Shown: positions 54,618 to 63,804, counted from the stretch's first letter. The stretch: DNA of 64,000 nt from Basidiobolus meristosporus CBS 931.73 (GCA_002104905.1 MCFE01000010.1:200165-264164), one strand, 5' to 3'. Made by a program: numbers and translations. Notes: generated by a model from the letters alone, not told the origin.

Positions 54618-55703
54618 GGGGGGAGACAGTCACCAACAGGTGAAATCTTTATTTCAGTTGAAACAAAGAAGCCAGCGCTACTGTTGTAGCTTTGATACAA
54701 GAGTGTGTAGCTGAGGGGAATTTGTAGGTAAGTTAATAAGAAGTGATGATAGTTCTTCAGTGCTAAACACACTGTTCAATGGGAAGGGGGGTAGCAAGAG
54801 AGGTAAGAATGACTTGTGAACAACATTAATGAGGGGAATGTGATAAGGATTGATATTCATCATAAAGGGAGTGTGCTGCTGCAGATATTGCTGCCAAAGG
54901 TCTGTCAAGTACTTCAGGTAGGCCAGCTTGGGTTTTTCTGACTGCAGAATAAATTCAGCAAACTTCTTGACTTCAGGATCTCCAAGTATAGTTCTCCAGC
55001 AGGAGCCAGGTGTTGTGTGGTGTGTTCTCTTCCAGGCCTTAATCATTGGGTTCTTGCAGTTGTGAAGTCTGAGGTATAATCTGGTTCTAAGGTAGAGAAG
55101 TCTAATCTTATAGGGCATAAACCCAAAAGCACCAAGAATAGCATGTCTGTAGGGGCATTCAGGCAAATGAGGCACCAAGGAGGTAATGCACCATACTGCA
55201 AACTTGTCAAGCTTAGTGCAGTCTCTAGAAGTAAGAGAGAGAAGTGGTAAGCCAAATTCCAGGACAGGGAAGACAAACTGCTTGAGTAGAAGGAGGCAGC
55301 TGGGAGCTGAAGTTGTAGGAGGAGTAACAGCCAGTAGCTTGTGGAGTGCCTGTCTTGCCAGGATAATTCTCTTCTTCAGGTGTGCTCCAGAGTCTAGTCC
55401 AGTAGGAAGGAAAGGAAAGCCAAGATATGTAGCAGAAACCTGAGCAGGTAGAGTGGAGTTCTCCAAGTTGATGGGAGAGCCCAAAGGTACTGTCTTTGCA
55501 ATGGAAAGCTGGAGATTATTCTTCTGCAGATACTGGTGGATGGTCTGGGAGTCTTGTTGCACATTGGAGGAGGATATTCTGATGTCATTAGCAAAGAGAG
55601 TAACCAGGCAGTCAGCTGAGAGTCTTGGGAAATCATTCAGGAAGATGGCAAACAGTATAGGACCAAGCACAGAGCCTTGAACCACTCCATTAGGAGCTGA
55701 GAA
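54618..55703 (-). mobile_element. 5'-truncated LINE copy (~1.08 kb) with FAND in place of FADD
   Basis: Near-identical to 61060-62145; ORF 54678-55685 encodes GxxQGSVLGPILF...LFANDI...YLG. Confidence 0.94.
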
Positions 55704-55709
55704 GGGTTA

Positions 55710-56230
55710 GGGGGAGGAAAGTCACCAAGTGGTGAAATCTTTATTTACTTATGACAAGTATCTAAAGAAGCCAAGTTAATCTGAAGTAATTCCTAGAAAG
55801 CTAAGTCTGAGAGATATCTTCCTGGTAAGCCAGGTCTGAGAGTTGAGAAGCTGATTGGTACTATATTTTCTAGTTAGCTAGGTCTGAGAGAGGTTTCCTG
55901 GAAAGCCAGGTCTGGGAAGTGAGAATCTGAATATATCTGAGCTAACTTATACTGGTTTGCGGTAGCTGAATTGTGGCCGGAATGGCCAGCAGACTGGGGG
56001 AACTGAGATGTATTTCTGGGCAATCACTGGCCAAATTTACTAGGCAAATCTGGCCAATTAGCATTTCAAGGATTTCAGCCAATCAGAGCCTTTACTTTGC
56101 CCGATGGTTGATCAAGCCATCTCCCAATGAGCACACATCAATTTATTAATCAAATTTTGTTGGATCCAGGATTTGAACCCACAACCATGGGTATGGAAGG
56201 GTTAGGGATAACCACAAGGCTAAGTGTTCT
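55710..56230 (-). mobile_element. tRNA-headed SINE-like element, copy 1 (521 bp)
   Basis: On the minus strand: 5' tRNA-like head (A box TAGCCTTGTGG, B box GGGTTCAAATCC), non-coding body, and 3' tail homologous to the LINE tail ending in oligo-C + TAACCC. No T4 run on the sense strand. Confidence 0.85.
56169..56222 (-). promoter_or_regulatory. Internal RNA polymerase III type-2 promoter (A box 56212-56222, B box 56169-56180)
   Basis: TAGCCTTGTGG vs consensus TRGCNNARYGG; GGTTCAAATCC vs GGTTCGANTCC; 31-nt spacing, as in tRNA genes. Repeated in copies 2 and 3 with A-box changes. Confidence 0.75.
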
Positions 56231-56235
56231 GGTCA

Positions 56236-56756
56236 GGGGGGAGGAAAGTCACCAAGTGGTGAAATCTTTACTTACTTATGACAAGTATCTAAAGAAGCCA
56301 AGTTAATCTGAAGTAATTCCTAGAAAGCTAGGTCTGAGAGATATCTTCCTGGTAAGCCAGGTCTGAGAGTTGAGAAGCTGGGTGGTACTATATTTCCTAG
56401 TTAGCTAGGTCTGAGAGAGGTTTCCTGGAAAGCCAGGCCTGAGAAGTGAGAATCTGAATATATCTGAGCTAAGTTATCATGGTTTGCGGTAGCTGAATTG
56501 TGGCCGGAATGGCCAGTAGACTGGGGGAACTGAGATGAATTTCTGGGCAATCACTGGCCAAATTTACTAGGCAAATCTGACCATTAGCATTTCAAGGATT
56601 TCAGCCAATCAGAGCCTTTACTTTGCCCAATGGTTGATCAAGCCATCTCCCAATGAGCACACATCAGTTTATTAATCAAATTTTGCTGGATCCAGGATTT
56701 GAACCCACAACCATGGGTATGGAAGGGTTAGGGATAACCACAAGGTCAAGTGTTCT
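56236..56756 (-). mobile_element. tRNA-headed SINE-like element, copy 2
   Basis: Near-identical to copy 1 with scattered substitutions. Confidence 0.85.
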
Positions 56757-56769
56757 TGGTTGGGGGTTA

Positions 56770-57290
56770 GGGGAGGAAAGTCACCAAGTGGTGAAATCTT
56801 TATTTACTTATGACAAGTATCTAAAGAAGCCAAGTTAATCTGAAGTAATTCCTAGAAAGCTAGGTCTGAGAGATATCTTCCTGGTAAGCCAGGTCTGAGA
56901 GTTGAGAAGCTGAGTGGTACTATATTTTCTAGTTAGCTAGGTCTGAGAGTGGTTTCCTGGAAAGCCAGGCCTGAGAAGTGAGAATCTGAATATATCTGAG
57001 CTAAGTTATACTGGTTTGCGGTAGCTGAATTGTGGCCGGAATGGCCAGTAGACTGGGGGAACTGAGATGTATTTCTGGGCAATCACTGGCCAAATTTACT
57101 AGGCAAATCTGGCCAAGTAGCATTTCAAGGATTTCAGCCAATCAGAGCCTTTACTTTGCCCAATGGTTGATCAAGCCATCTCCCAATGAGCACACATCAA
57201 TTTATTAATCAAATTTTTGCTGGATCCAGGATTTGAACCCACAACCATGGGTATGGAAGGGTTAGGGATAACTACAAGGCTAAGTGTTCT
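56770..57290 (-). mobile_element. tRNA-headed SINE-like element, copy 3
   Basis: Near-identical to copies 1 and 2; same 5' end (AGAAC). Confidence 0.85.
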
Positions 57291-57293
57291 TGG

Positions 57294-57460
57294 TTAGGGG
57301 GAGGGAAAGTCACCAAAGTAGGTGAAATCTTTATTTGATTTCAGACAAGTCTAACTACAAATAAAGAAGCCAGCTGGGAATAGAAGATTCCCAAAGTAAA
57401 CAAAAAGTTGAATATGAATAAATCTAAGCTAAAGTTAAGGCAGTATCCCAGAGTACACTG
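57294..57460 (-). mobile_element. Remnant of a further tail-bearing element (third tail variant), interrupted by the chromovirus LTR
   Basis: ttagggggagggaaagtcaccaaagtaggtgaaatctttatttg...aaagaagccagc is a diverged version of the LINE/SINE tail; followed by hairpin TGGGAAT-agaag-ATTCCCA (57375-57393). Confidence 0.65.
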
Positions 57461-58157
57461 TGTTGTATCCAAGAGAAAGTGTAATAAAACTCTTGAATGG
57501 TTTAACTGAACCAAAGGGACAATCAAGTGCAGAATCTTAGAATTGTCAGAGAGTGGCGGAAATATTAGCAGAAAGATTCTGATCTAATATTGGTCTTGGA
57601 TATAGCTGGGTTGGCTATAAAGGCAATGATATTTGTTTGCTAGGCAGGCTAGGCTTGGTGTTCTTTGGAGTGCTAGATATACTAGGCTTGGATAGAAACT
57701 AGAACGGAATTGTTGGATTCTTATTTTTGCTGAGACAGAATCTTAATTTTGTTGAGACACACACTAAACCAAAAGGTTCAGTACACTTAATTTATACTTT
57801 TCTGATCAAGTTGAATTAGTAAGCACCAAGGGACTGGATTGATTGAAATCAATTTGGGTGTTCTTTGGTGCACAAGATAAATGAAAATTACATCATCAAT
57901 CAGCTGATGTCTTGGCAACTGCACAGTGGTTGGATAGATCTCAGATGACTAATCACCTGGGAAGGCTTGGCAGATAGGTTGATAACGTGATGACCATTTG
58001 AAAATAGATCAGGTGTGATAGCTAAAAATAGATTCTGAGGTGGGATCAAATAAACTGTAACTGGGATTTGTTATGTTTGGGTTAGGGAAAATCAGTTAGG
58101 GTGCTAGATTTTCAAACGGAATAAAATTGGCAAAGTTTTAAATGTTGATGCACAACA
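57461..58157 (-). repeat. Probable 3' LTR (~697 bp) of a Ty3/Gypsy chromovirus
   Basis: On the minus strand it starts TGTTGT directly after the purine tract AGAAGGAAG and the pol stop codon, and ends ACAACA (6-bp terminal inverted repeat). The partner LTR is absent, so this cannot be confirmed. Confidence 0.6.
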
Positions 58158-59814
58158 TCACTTCCTTCTGGAAGAGGAGTTTTTTGATACCTTCTGGGTT
58201 CCTCTGCGGCTGCAATACTGATTGATAATGGCAACATCATCAAAGTTGGTGTAAGGTTCCCAGGTGTTGTGTTTGGCATCATAGCCTTTCCACTTGACTA
58301 AATAAAGGCAATTTGGTTCTTCTCCATCATGGTCCAAAATAACTTCAACTTCATAGGATTCTCAAGTTACTGGGTCTTGAGAAATAGGTTTGAGTGAGGA
58401 AGGTGGAAAGTTTTTGGGTAGCAGTGCTCCAGTGTTATCTTGAAGTACATAAGATCCTACAGTAGTGCGTCTGACAACCTTGAATGGTCCTTCATACTTG
58501 GGGTCAAGCTTAGATTGCCGGATTGGATCTAGTGTCATGACATATGACCCATTTGGGAAGCTGCTGTTCCTGTGTCTTGAGGCATATGTTGAAGTCATCT
58601 TTTGCTGAGAGGCCTTACTTCTGGCACTGATAGCAGGGTAGACAATGTTGGTAAGGTACTCAAGCCGGTTCTTTAGCTTATCTGTATTCAAACTTGCTAA
58701 CTCTGTATTCTGGTAGTCTCCAAAGTGGTTGTATCTTCTTCCAAACATCAAGGAAAATGGGGTTGATCCATGTAGAGCGGCAATTTTGGTGTTGATAGCA
58801 TACTGTACAGTTGGAATGTACTTGTCCCAATTCTTCTTGATACCTTTGATAGATTTCCTGATGATGTTCACTGAGGTCTGAACATGTCTTTCAGCCAGTC
58901 CATTAGCTTTGGGATGATATGGAGTGATCAGACAATGATCAATGGCGCTATTCTGGCAAAGGGCTTTGATCACGTGATTCACAAATTCTGTTCCACTATC
59001 CGATTGAATGACCTTAGGGAATCCAAAAAGGCAGAAGAGCTTGAATAGTTCTTGTGCAATAGTGGCCACATACTTGTCTGGGATGGCTTTGAGGAAGACA
59101 AAACGTGTGCAGACATCCACAATTACAAAGAGGTAGTGATTACCATCATTGCTAGTGGTGAAAGGTCCAGCTAGATCAATTGCAATATGATCCATAGGAA
59201 GGCTTGCATGGATGGGGCTCAAAGGGTGAAATCCATGGCGGCTGATATTGTAAAGTTGACATTCTCTGCACGACTTGACAAATTCTAAGCAGTCAACTTT
59301 GATATTTGGCCAGTGATATCCATCAGAGTGTAGCTTCTTCATAAGTGTATCAGCTCCAAAGTGACCAAGTAAATGACTCCTCTGTATCAATGTTTTCCTT
59401 TGTTCTTCAGGTAGGATTTTCCAAGTTGCTGAATCCAGTTGAGGAATTATTTTGGAAGTTGTAGAGAGTTTACTGATTACATCAGTAATCACATGTCCCT
59501 CCCAAGGTGAAGTTGGAAAAAGTCTTGACAGGTGGTCAGGAAGGATATTGAGAATTCCTGTGCGATGAATAACTGTATATTCATAATCAAGTAGAGTATC
59601 AAGCCAGTTGGTAAGCATTGGAGTCAGAGTCTTCTGAGTGTGGATATAGACAAGGGCTCGGTGGTCAGTGTACAAGGTAAAAGGATTACCCCATAGATAC
59701 TGATGAAACTTCTTCAAGGCAAAGACTATGGCAAGTAGCTCCTTCTTGGTAGCAGAGTAGTTTCTCTCAGCAGGTTGTAGGGACCTGGCCTGGAAAGAGA
59801 TCCAGTGAGGCGGA
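58158..59814 (-). pseudogene. Ty3/Gypsy chromovirus pol fragment: RNase H (part), integrase, chromodomain
   Basis: AERNYSATKKELLAIVFAL..FTLYTDHRAL; HLLGHFG..CRECQ; IAIDLAGP, IQSDSGTEF, NGLAER; KYEGPFKV. In-frame TGA at 58362-58364, then ESYEVEVILDH...YLVKWKGY..HNTWEP to a stop at 58158. 5' end cut inside RNase H. Confidence 0.95.
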
Positions 59815-60054
59815 TTAGGGGGGAGACAGTCACCAACAGGTGAAATCTTTATTTCAGTTGAAACAAAGAAGCCAGCGCTACTGTTGTAGCTTTGATACAA
59901 GAGTGTGTAGCTGAGGGGAATTTGTAGGTAAGGGTTAGGGGGGAGACAGTCACCAACAGGTGAAATCTTTATTTCAGTTGAAACAAAGAAGCCAGCGCTA
60001 CTGTTGTAGCTTTGATACAACAGTGTGTAGCTGAGGGGAATTTGTAGGTAAGTT
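59815..60054 (-). mobile_element. Two tandem ~115-bp LINE 3' fragments (59815-59932, 59935-60054)
   Basis: Both truncate at the telomere-like sequence gtaggtaag(tta); tails recur at exactly 120-nt spacing (59821, 59941, 60061). Confidence 0.93.
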
Positions 60055-61057
60055 AGGGGGGGGAGACAGTCACCAACAGGTGAAATCTTTATTTCAGTTG
60101 AAACAAAGAAGCCAGCGCTACTGTTGTAGCTTTGATACAAGAGTGTGTAGCTGAGGGGAATTTGTAGGTAAGTTAATAAGGAGTGATGATAGTTCTTCAG
60201 TGCTCAAGACACTGTTCAGTGGGAAGGGGGGTAGCAAGAGAGGTAAGAATGACTTGTGAACAACATTAATGAGGGGAATGTGATAAGGATTGATATTCAT
60301 CATAAAGGGAGTGTGCTGCTGCAGATATTGCTGCCAAAGGTCTGTCGAGTACTTCAGGTAGGCCAGCTTGGGTTTTTCTGACTGCAGAATATAATGAGCA
60401 AACTTCTTGACTTCAGGATCTCCAAGTATAGTTCTCCAGCAGGAGTCAGGTGTAGTGTGGTGTGTTCTCTTCCAGGCCTTAATCAGTGGGTTGTTGCAGT
60501 GGTGAAGTCTGAGGTATAATCTGGTTCTAAGGTAGAGAAGTCTGATCTTATAGGGCATAAACCCAAAAGCACCAAGAATAGCATATCTGTAGGGGCATTC
60601 AGGCAAATGAGGCACCAAGGAGGTAATGCACCATACTGCAAACTTGTCAAGCTTAGTGCAGTCTCTAGAAGTAAGAGAGAGAAGTGGTAAGCCAAATTCC
60701 AGGACAGGGAAGACAAACTGCTTGAGTAGAAGGAGGCAGCTGGGAGCTGAAGTTGTAGGAGGAGTAACAGCCAGTAGCTTGTGGAGTGCCTGTCTTGCCA
60801 GGATAATTCTCTTCTTCAGGTGTGCTCCAGAGTCTAGTCCAGTAGGAAGGAAAGGAAAGCCAAGATATGTAGCAGAAACCTGAGCAGGTAGAGTGGAGTT
60901 CTCCAAGTTGATGGGAGAGCCCAAAGGTACTGTCTTTGCAATGGAAAGCTGGAGATTATTCTTCTGCAGATACTGGTGGATGGTCTGGGAGTCTTGTTGC
61001 ACATTGGAGGAGGATATTCTGATGTCATTAGCAAAGAGAGTAACCAGGCAGTCAGCT
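60055..61057 (-). mobile_element. 5'-truncated LINE copy (~1.0 kb) with FAND in place of FADD
   Basis: Near-identical to 61060-62059; ends at cagct|tagggggg. Confidence 0.94.
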
Positions 61058-63804
61058 TAGGGGGGAGACAGTCACCAACAGGTGAAATCTTTATTTCAGT
61101 TGAAACAAAGAAGCCAGCGCTACTGTTGTAGCTTTGATACAAGAGTGTGTAGCTGAGGGGAATTTGTAGGTAAGTTAATAAGAAGTGATGATAGTTCTTC
61201 AGTGCTCAAGACACTGTTCAGTGGGAAGGGGGGTAGCAAGAGAGGTAAGAATGACTTGTGAACAACATTAATGAGGGGAATGTGATAAGGATTGATATTC
61301 ATCATAAAGGGAGTGTGCTGCTGCAGATATTGCTGCCAAAGGTCTGTCAAGTACTTCAGGTAGGCCAGCTTGGGTTTTTCTGACTGCAGAATATAGTGAG
61401 CAAACTTCTTGACTTCAGGATCTCCAAGTATAGTTCTCCAGCAGGAGCCAGGTGTTGTGTGGTGTGTTCTCTTCCAGGCCTTAATCAGTGGGTTGTTGCA
61501 GTTGTGAAGTCTGAGGTATAATCTGGTTCTAAGGTAGAGAAGTCTGATCTTATAGGGCATAAACCCAAAAGCACCAAGAATAGCATGTCTGTAGGGGCAT
61601 TCAGGCAAATGAGGCACCAAGGAGGTAATGCACCATACTGCAAACTTGTCAAGCTTAGTGCAGTCTCTAGAAGTAAGAGAGAGAAGTGGTAAGCCAAATT
61701 CCAGGACAGGGAAGACAAACTGCTTGAGTAGAAGGAGGCAGCTGGGAGCTGAAGTTGTAGGAGGAGTAACAGCCAGTAGCTTGTGGAGTGCCTGTCTTGC
61801 CAGGATAATTCTCTTCTTCAGGTGTGCTCCAGAGTCTAGTCCAGTAGGAAGGAAAGGAAAGCCAAGATATGTAGCAGAAACCTGAGCAGGTAGAGTGGAG
61901 TTCTCCAAGTTGATGGGAGAGCCCAAAGGTACTGTCTTTGCAATGGAAAGCTGGAGATTATTCTTCTGCAGATACTGGTGGATGGCCTGGGAGTCTTGTT
62001 GCACATTGGAGGAGGATATTCTGATGTCATCAGCAAAGAGAGTAACCAGGCAGTCAGCTGAGAATCTTGGGAAATCATTCAGGAAGATGGCAAACAGTAT
62101 AGGACCAAGCACAGAGCCTTGAACCACTCCATTAGGAACTGAGAACACAGCTGATTGCTCACTTGGGTGCAGAATTCTTGCTTGTGGATCCAGAAACAGA
62201 GACCTGACAAGGAGGGTGAGAGAGGTACTGGAGAAGCATTGCAACTTGGACCAAAGCAGATTTCTGTCAACTGAATCAAAGGCCTTAGTAATATCAAACA
62301 GAACAGAGGGATACTTGCACTGGAGAGAGTGATCTTGGCTAAGTATGACTGCATATTCCAAGGAGAGGCCAGGAACAAAGCCAAACTGTGCAGGATGAAA
62401 CTTGAGAGAGTCAGAGTAGAGCTCCTGAGCAAGCAGAAGCTCAAACACCTTTCTGCAGGTGGGCAGCAGAGATATTGGCCTGTAGGAGCTAGGATCCAGG
62501 TGCTTTCCTTTACCCTTGTACAGTGGCAGAACATTTGCAAAGGACCATTCCTCAGGAGTAGAAAGCTGGGCTGAGCATTGCTGAAACAGTGGAAGCAGAA
62601 GTGCAGACATGGCCTTGGTACTAGTCTTCAGAAGCTCATAGGAGATTGTGTCCACACCTGGAGCAGTAGAGTTGGGAAGCCTCTTGAGCACATTATGGAT
62701 TCTCCTTTGATCAAGTGCAAGTGGGATGGGCAGAGTCTTGAAGTCAGGATGAAAGCCAGGAGTTGAGTACTGCTTTGTAGAGAAGAAGATGTTAGCCAGC
62801 TGTTCTGTTGAAGGTAACTTCCTGGAAGAGGGCCTCATTGCCCTGTAGAGTCTTGATACTGTTCTTGTTATAGAGTTGGAAGATTGCAGAGGCAAGGAAC
62901 TCATAATATGATCCCAGAGCTGAGTATGCAGAGTGTGGTGAATTGCCTTGGAGTGGTGTATTGCTGTCAGGAGGAGTTTCTCTGTTTTTGGGTTAGGGAA
63001 GCTCAGGTAGCTTTGTTGCAGGGCTGAAACAATGGATTCCCATTTTCTTGAGGTAACAGCAGTAGTCTTGCATGGCAGTGAGAGGGAGGCAGACACCAGA
63101 ATCAGATGCTTCACAAAGAGCCAGGCAAAGTTGAGATCATCTGGCAGAGAAAGTAGCAAACTGGCAAGCTTCAAGTAGTTCCCAAAGTCATTCTTCTGAT
63201 TCTTGGTAGCTTTGTGGGTGAGCACAGTAAGTTTTGGCAGCTTCTTCTTCACAACTGGTTGCATAGAAAGGGACCAGGCTGGGTGGTCAGAGGCTCTCAA
63301 GGATCCTAGCTCAGCTCCAGAGAATTGCTTAACTTCATTCACAAAGTAGAGGGCAGCAGCAGAAGGGCAGATCCAGTCAACACATCTTTTCTCAGATTGA
63401 GCACCTAGTGCTAGCAGGTGGCTTTCTCTCAGGAAGTTCAGTAGGAATGTAGACCTTGGCTTCATTCTTGCAGTCAGAGTAGTCTTGTTCTCAGGATGGG
63501 GAATGTTGAGATCTCCAAGCAAGATAACAGGTGTTGATATAGATTGTTGGTATTGCTGAACCTTCTGGCATATAACTTGCACTTCCTGAAGGGCTAGACT
63601 TGGAGGCAGATAGCAGAGCACCAGACTGATAGTTGGCAACTGGAGAGCAGCACAGTAAGGGGAGTAAAGAGGGACACAGAGCTGAGGAGTATTGATGGTA
63701 GAAGAGATGAAGCAGATAGAGGAGGTATTCTTTGTTCTAGGAGTAGAAAAGCAATATAGATTAGTCAAAAGTATAGAGGGTAGCTGGACATCAATCAAAC
63801 ACAG
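61058..63804 (-). mobile_element. Longest copy of the telomere-associated APE-type non-LTR retrotransposon, abutting the telomere
   Basis: Uninterrupted EN-RT ORF, ~60-nt 3' UTR, no poly(A), 3' end GACTGTCTCCCCCC-TAA. Confidence 0.95.
61120..63798 (-). CDS. Non-LTR retrotransposon ORF2-type protein: apurinic-like endonuclease + reverse transcriptase (N-terminus missing)
   Basis: EN motifs: LCYLPP, ILLGDLN, CVDWI, ASDH. RT motifs: APGVDTISYELLK, SYRPISLLPTCRKVFE, QFGFVPG, FDITKAFDSVDR, GVVQGSVLGPILF, LFADD, YLG. No CCHC or RNase H at the C-terminus. The listed start is a TTG codon and the frame stays open upstream. Confidence 0.95.
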   Translation of the reverse strand: MIDVQLPSILLTNLYCFSTPRTKNTSSICFISSTINTPQLCVPLYSPYCAALQLPTISLVLCYLPPSLALQEVQVICQKVQQYQQSISTPVILLGDLNIPHPENKTTLTARMKPRSTFLLNFLRESHLLALGAQSEKRCVDWICPSAAALYFVNEVKQFSGAELGSLRASDHPAWSLSMQPVVKKKLPKLTVLTHKATKNQKNDFGNYLKLASLLLSLPDDLNFAWLFVKHLILVSASLSLPCKTTAVTSRKWESIVSALQQSYLSFPNPKTEKLLLTAIHHSKAIHHTLHTQLWDHIMSSLPLQSSNSITRTVSRLYRAMRPSSRKLPSTEQLANIFFSTKQYSTPGFHPDFKTLPIPLALDQRRIHNVLKRLPNSTAPGVDTISYELLKTSTKAMSALLLPLFQQCSAQLSTPEEWSFANVLPLYKGKGKHLDPSSYRPISLLPTCRKVFELLLAQELYSDSLKFHPAQFGFVPGLSLEYAVILSQDHSLQCKYPSVLFDITKAFDSVDRNLLWSKLQCFSSTSLTLLVRSLFLDPQARILHPSEQSAVFSVPNGVVQGSVLGPILFAIFLNDFPRFSADCLVTLFADDIRISSSNVQQDSQAIHQYLQKNNLQLSIAKTVPLGSPINLENSTLPAQVSATYLGFPFLPTGLDSGAHLKKRIILARQALHKLLAVTPPTTSAPSCLLLLKQFVFPVLEFGLPLLSLTSRDCTKLDKFAVWCITSLVPHLPECPYRHAILGAFGFMPYKIRLLYLRTRLYLRLHNCNNPLIKAWKRTHHTTPGSCWRTILGDPEVKKFAHYILQSEKPKLAYLKYLTDLWQQYLQQHTPFMMNINPYHIPLINVVHKSFLPLLLPPFPLNSVLSTEELSSLLINLPTNSPQLHTLVSKLQQ

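Noticed and set aside
55710-57290. The 521-bp tandem units as CRISPR, plain satellite or true tRNA genes
   Set aside because: No repeat-spacer layout and the context is eukaryotic. The acceptor and anticodon stems do not pair properly, so they are not functional tRNAs. The LINE-type tail and telomeric junctions argue against simple satellite, though local tandem amplification is not excluded.
61120-63798. Telomerase or Penelope-like (Athena/Coprina) identity for the terminal RT
   Set aside because: It carries an N-terminal APE-type endonuclease and standard LINE RT motifs (SYRPISLL, KAFDSV, QGSVLGP), which TERT and Penelope-like elements lack.
53569-63804. The array as an assembly artefact
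   Set aside because: Copies have distinct substitutions, distinct truncation points and variable G-runs, unlike duplicated contig ends. Confirmation with spanning long reads is still needed.
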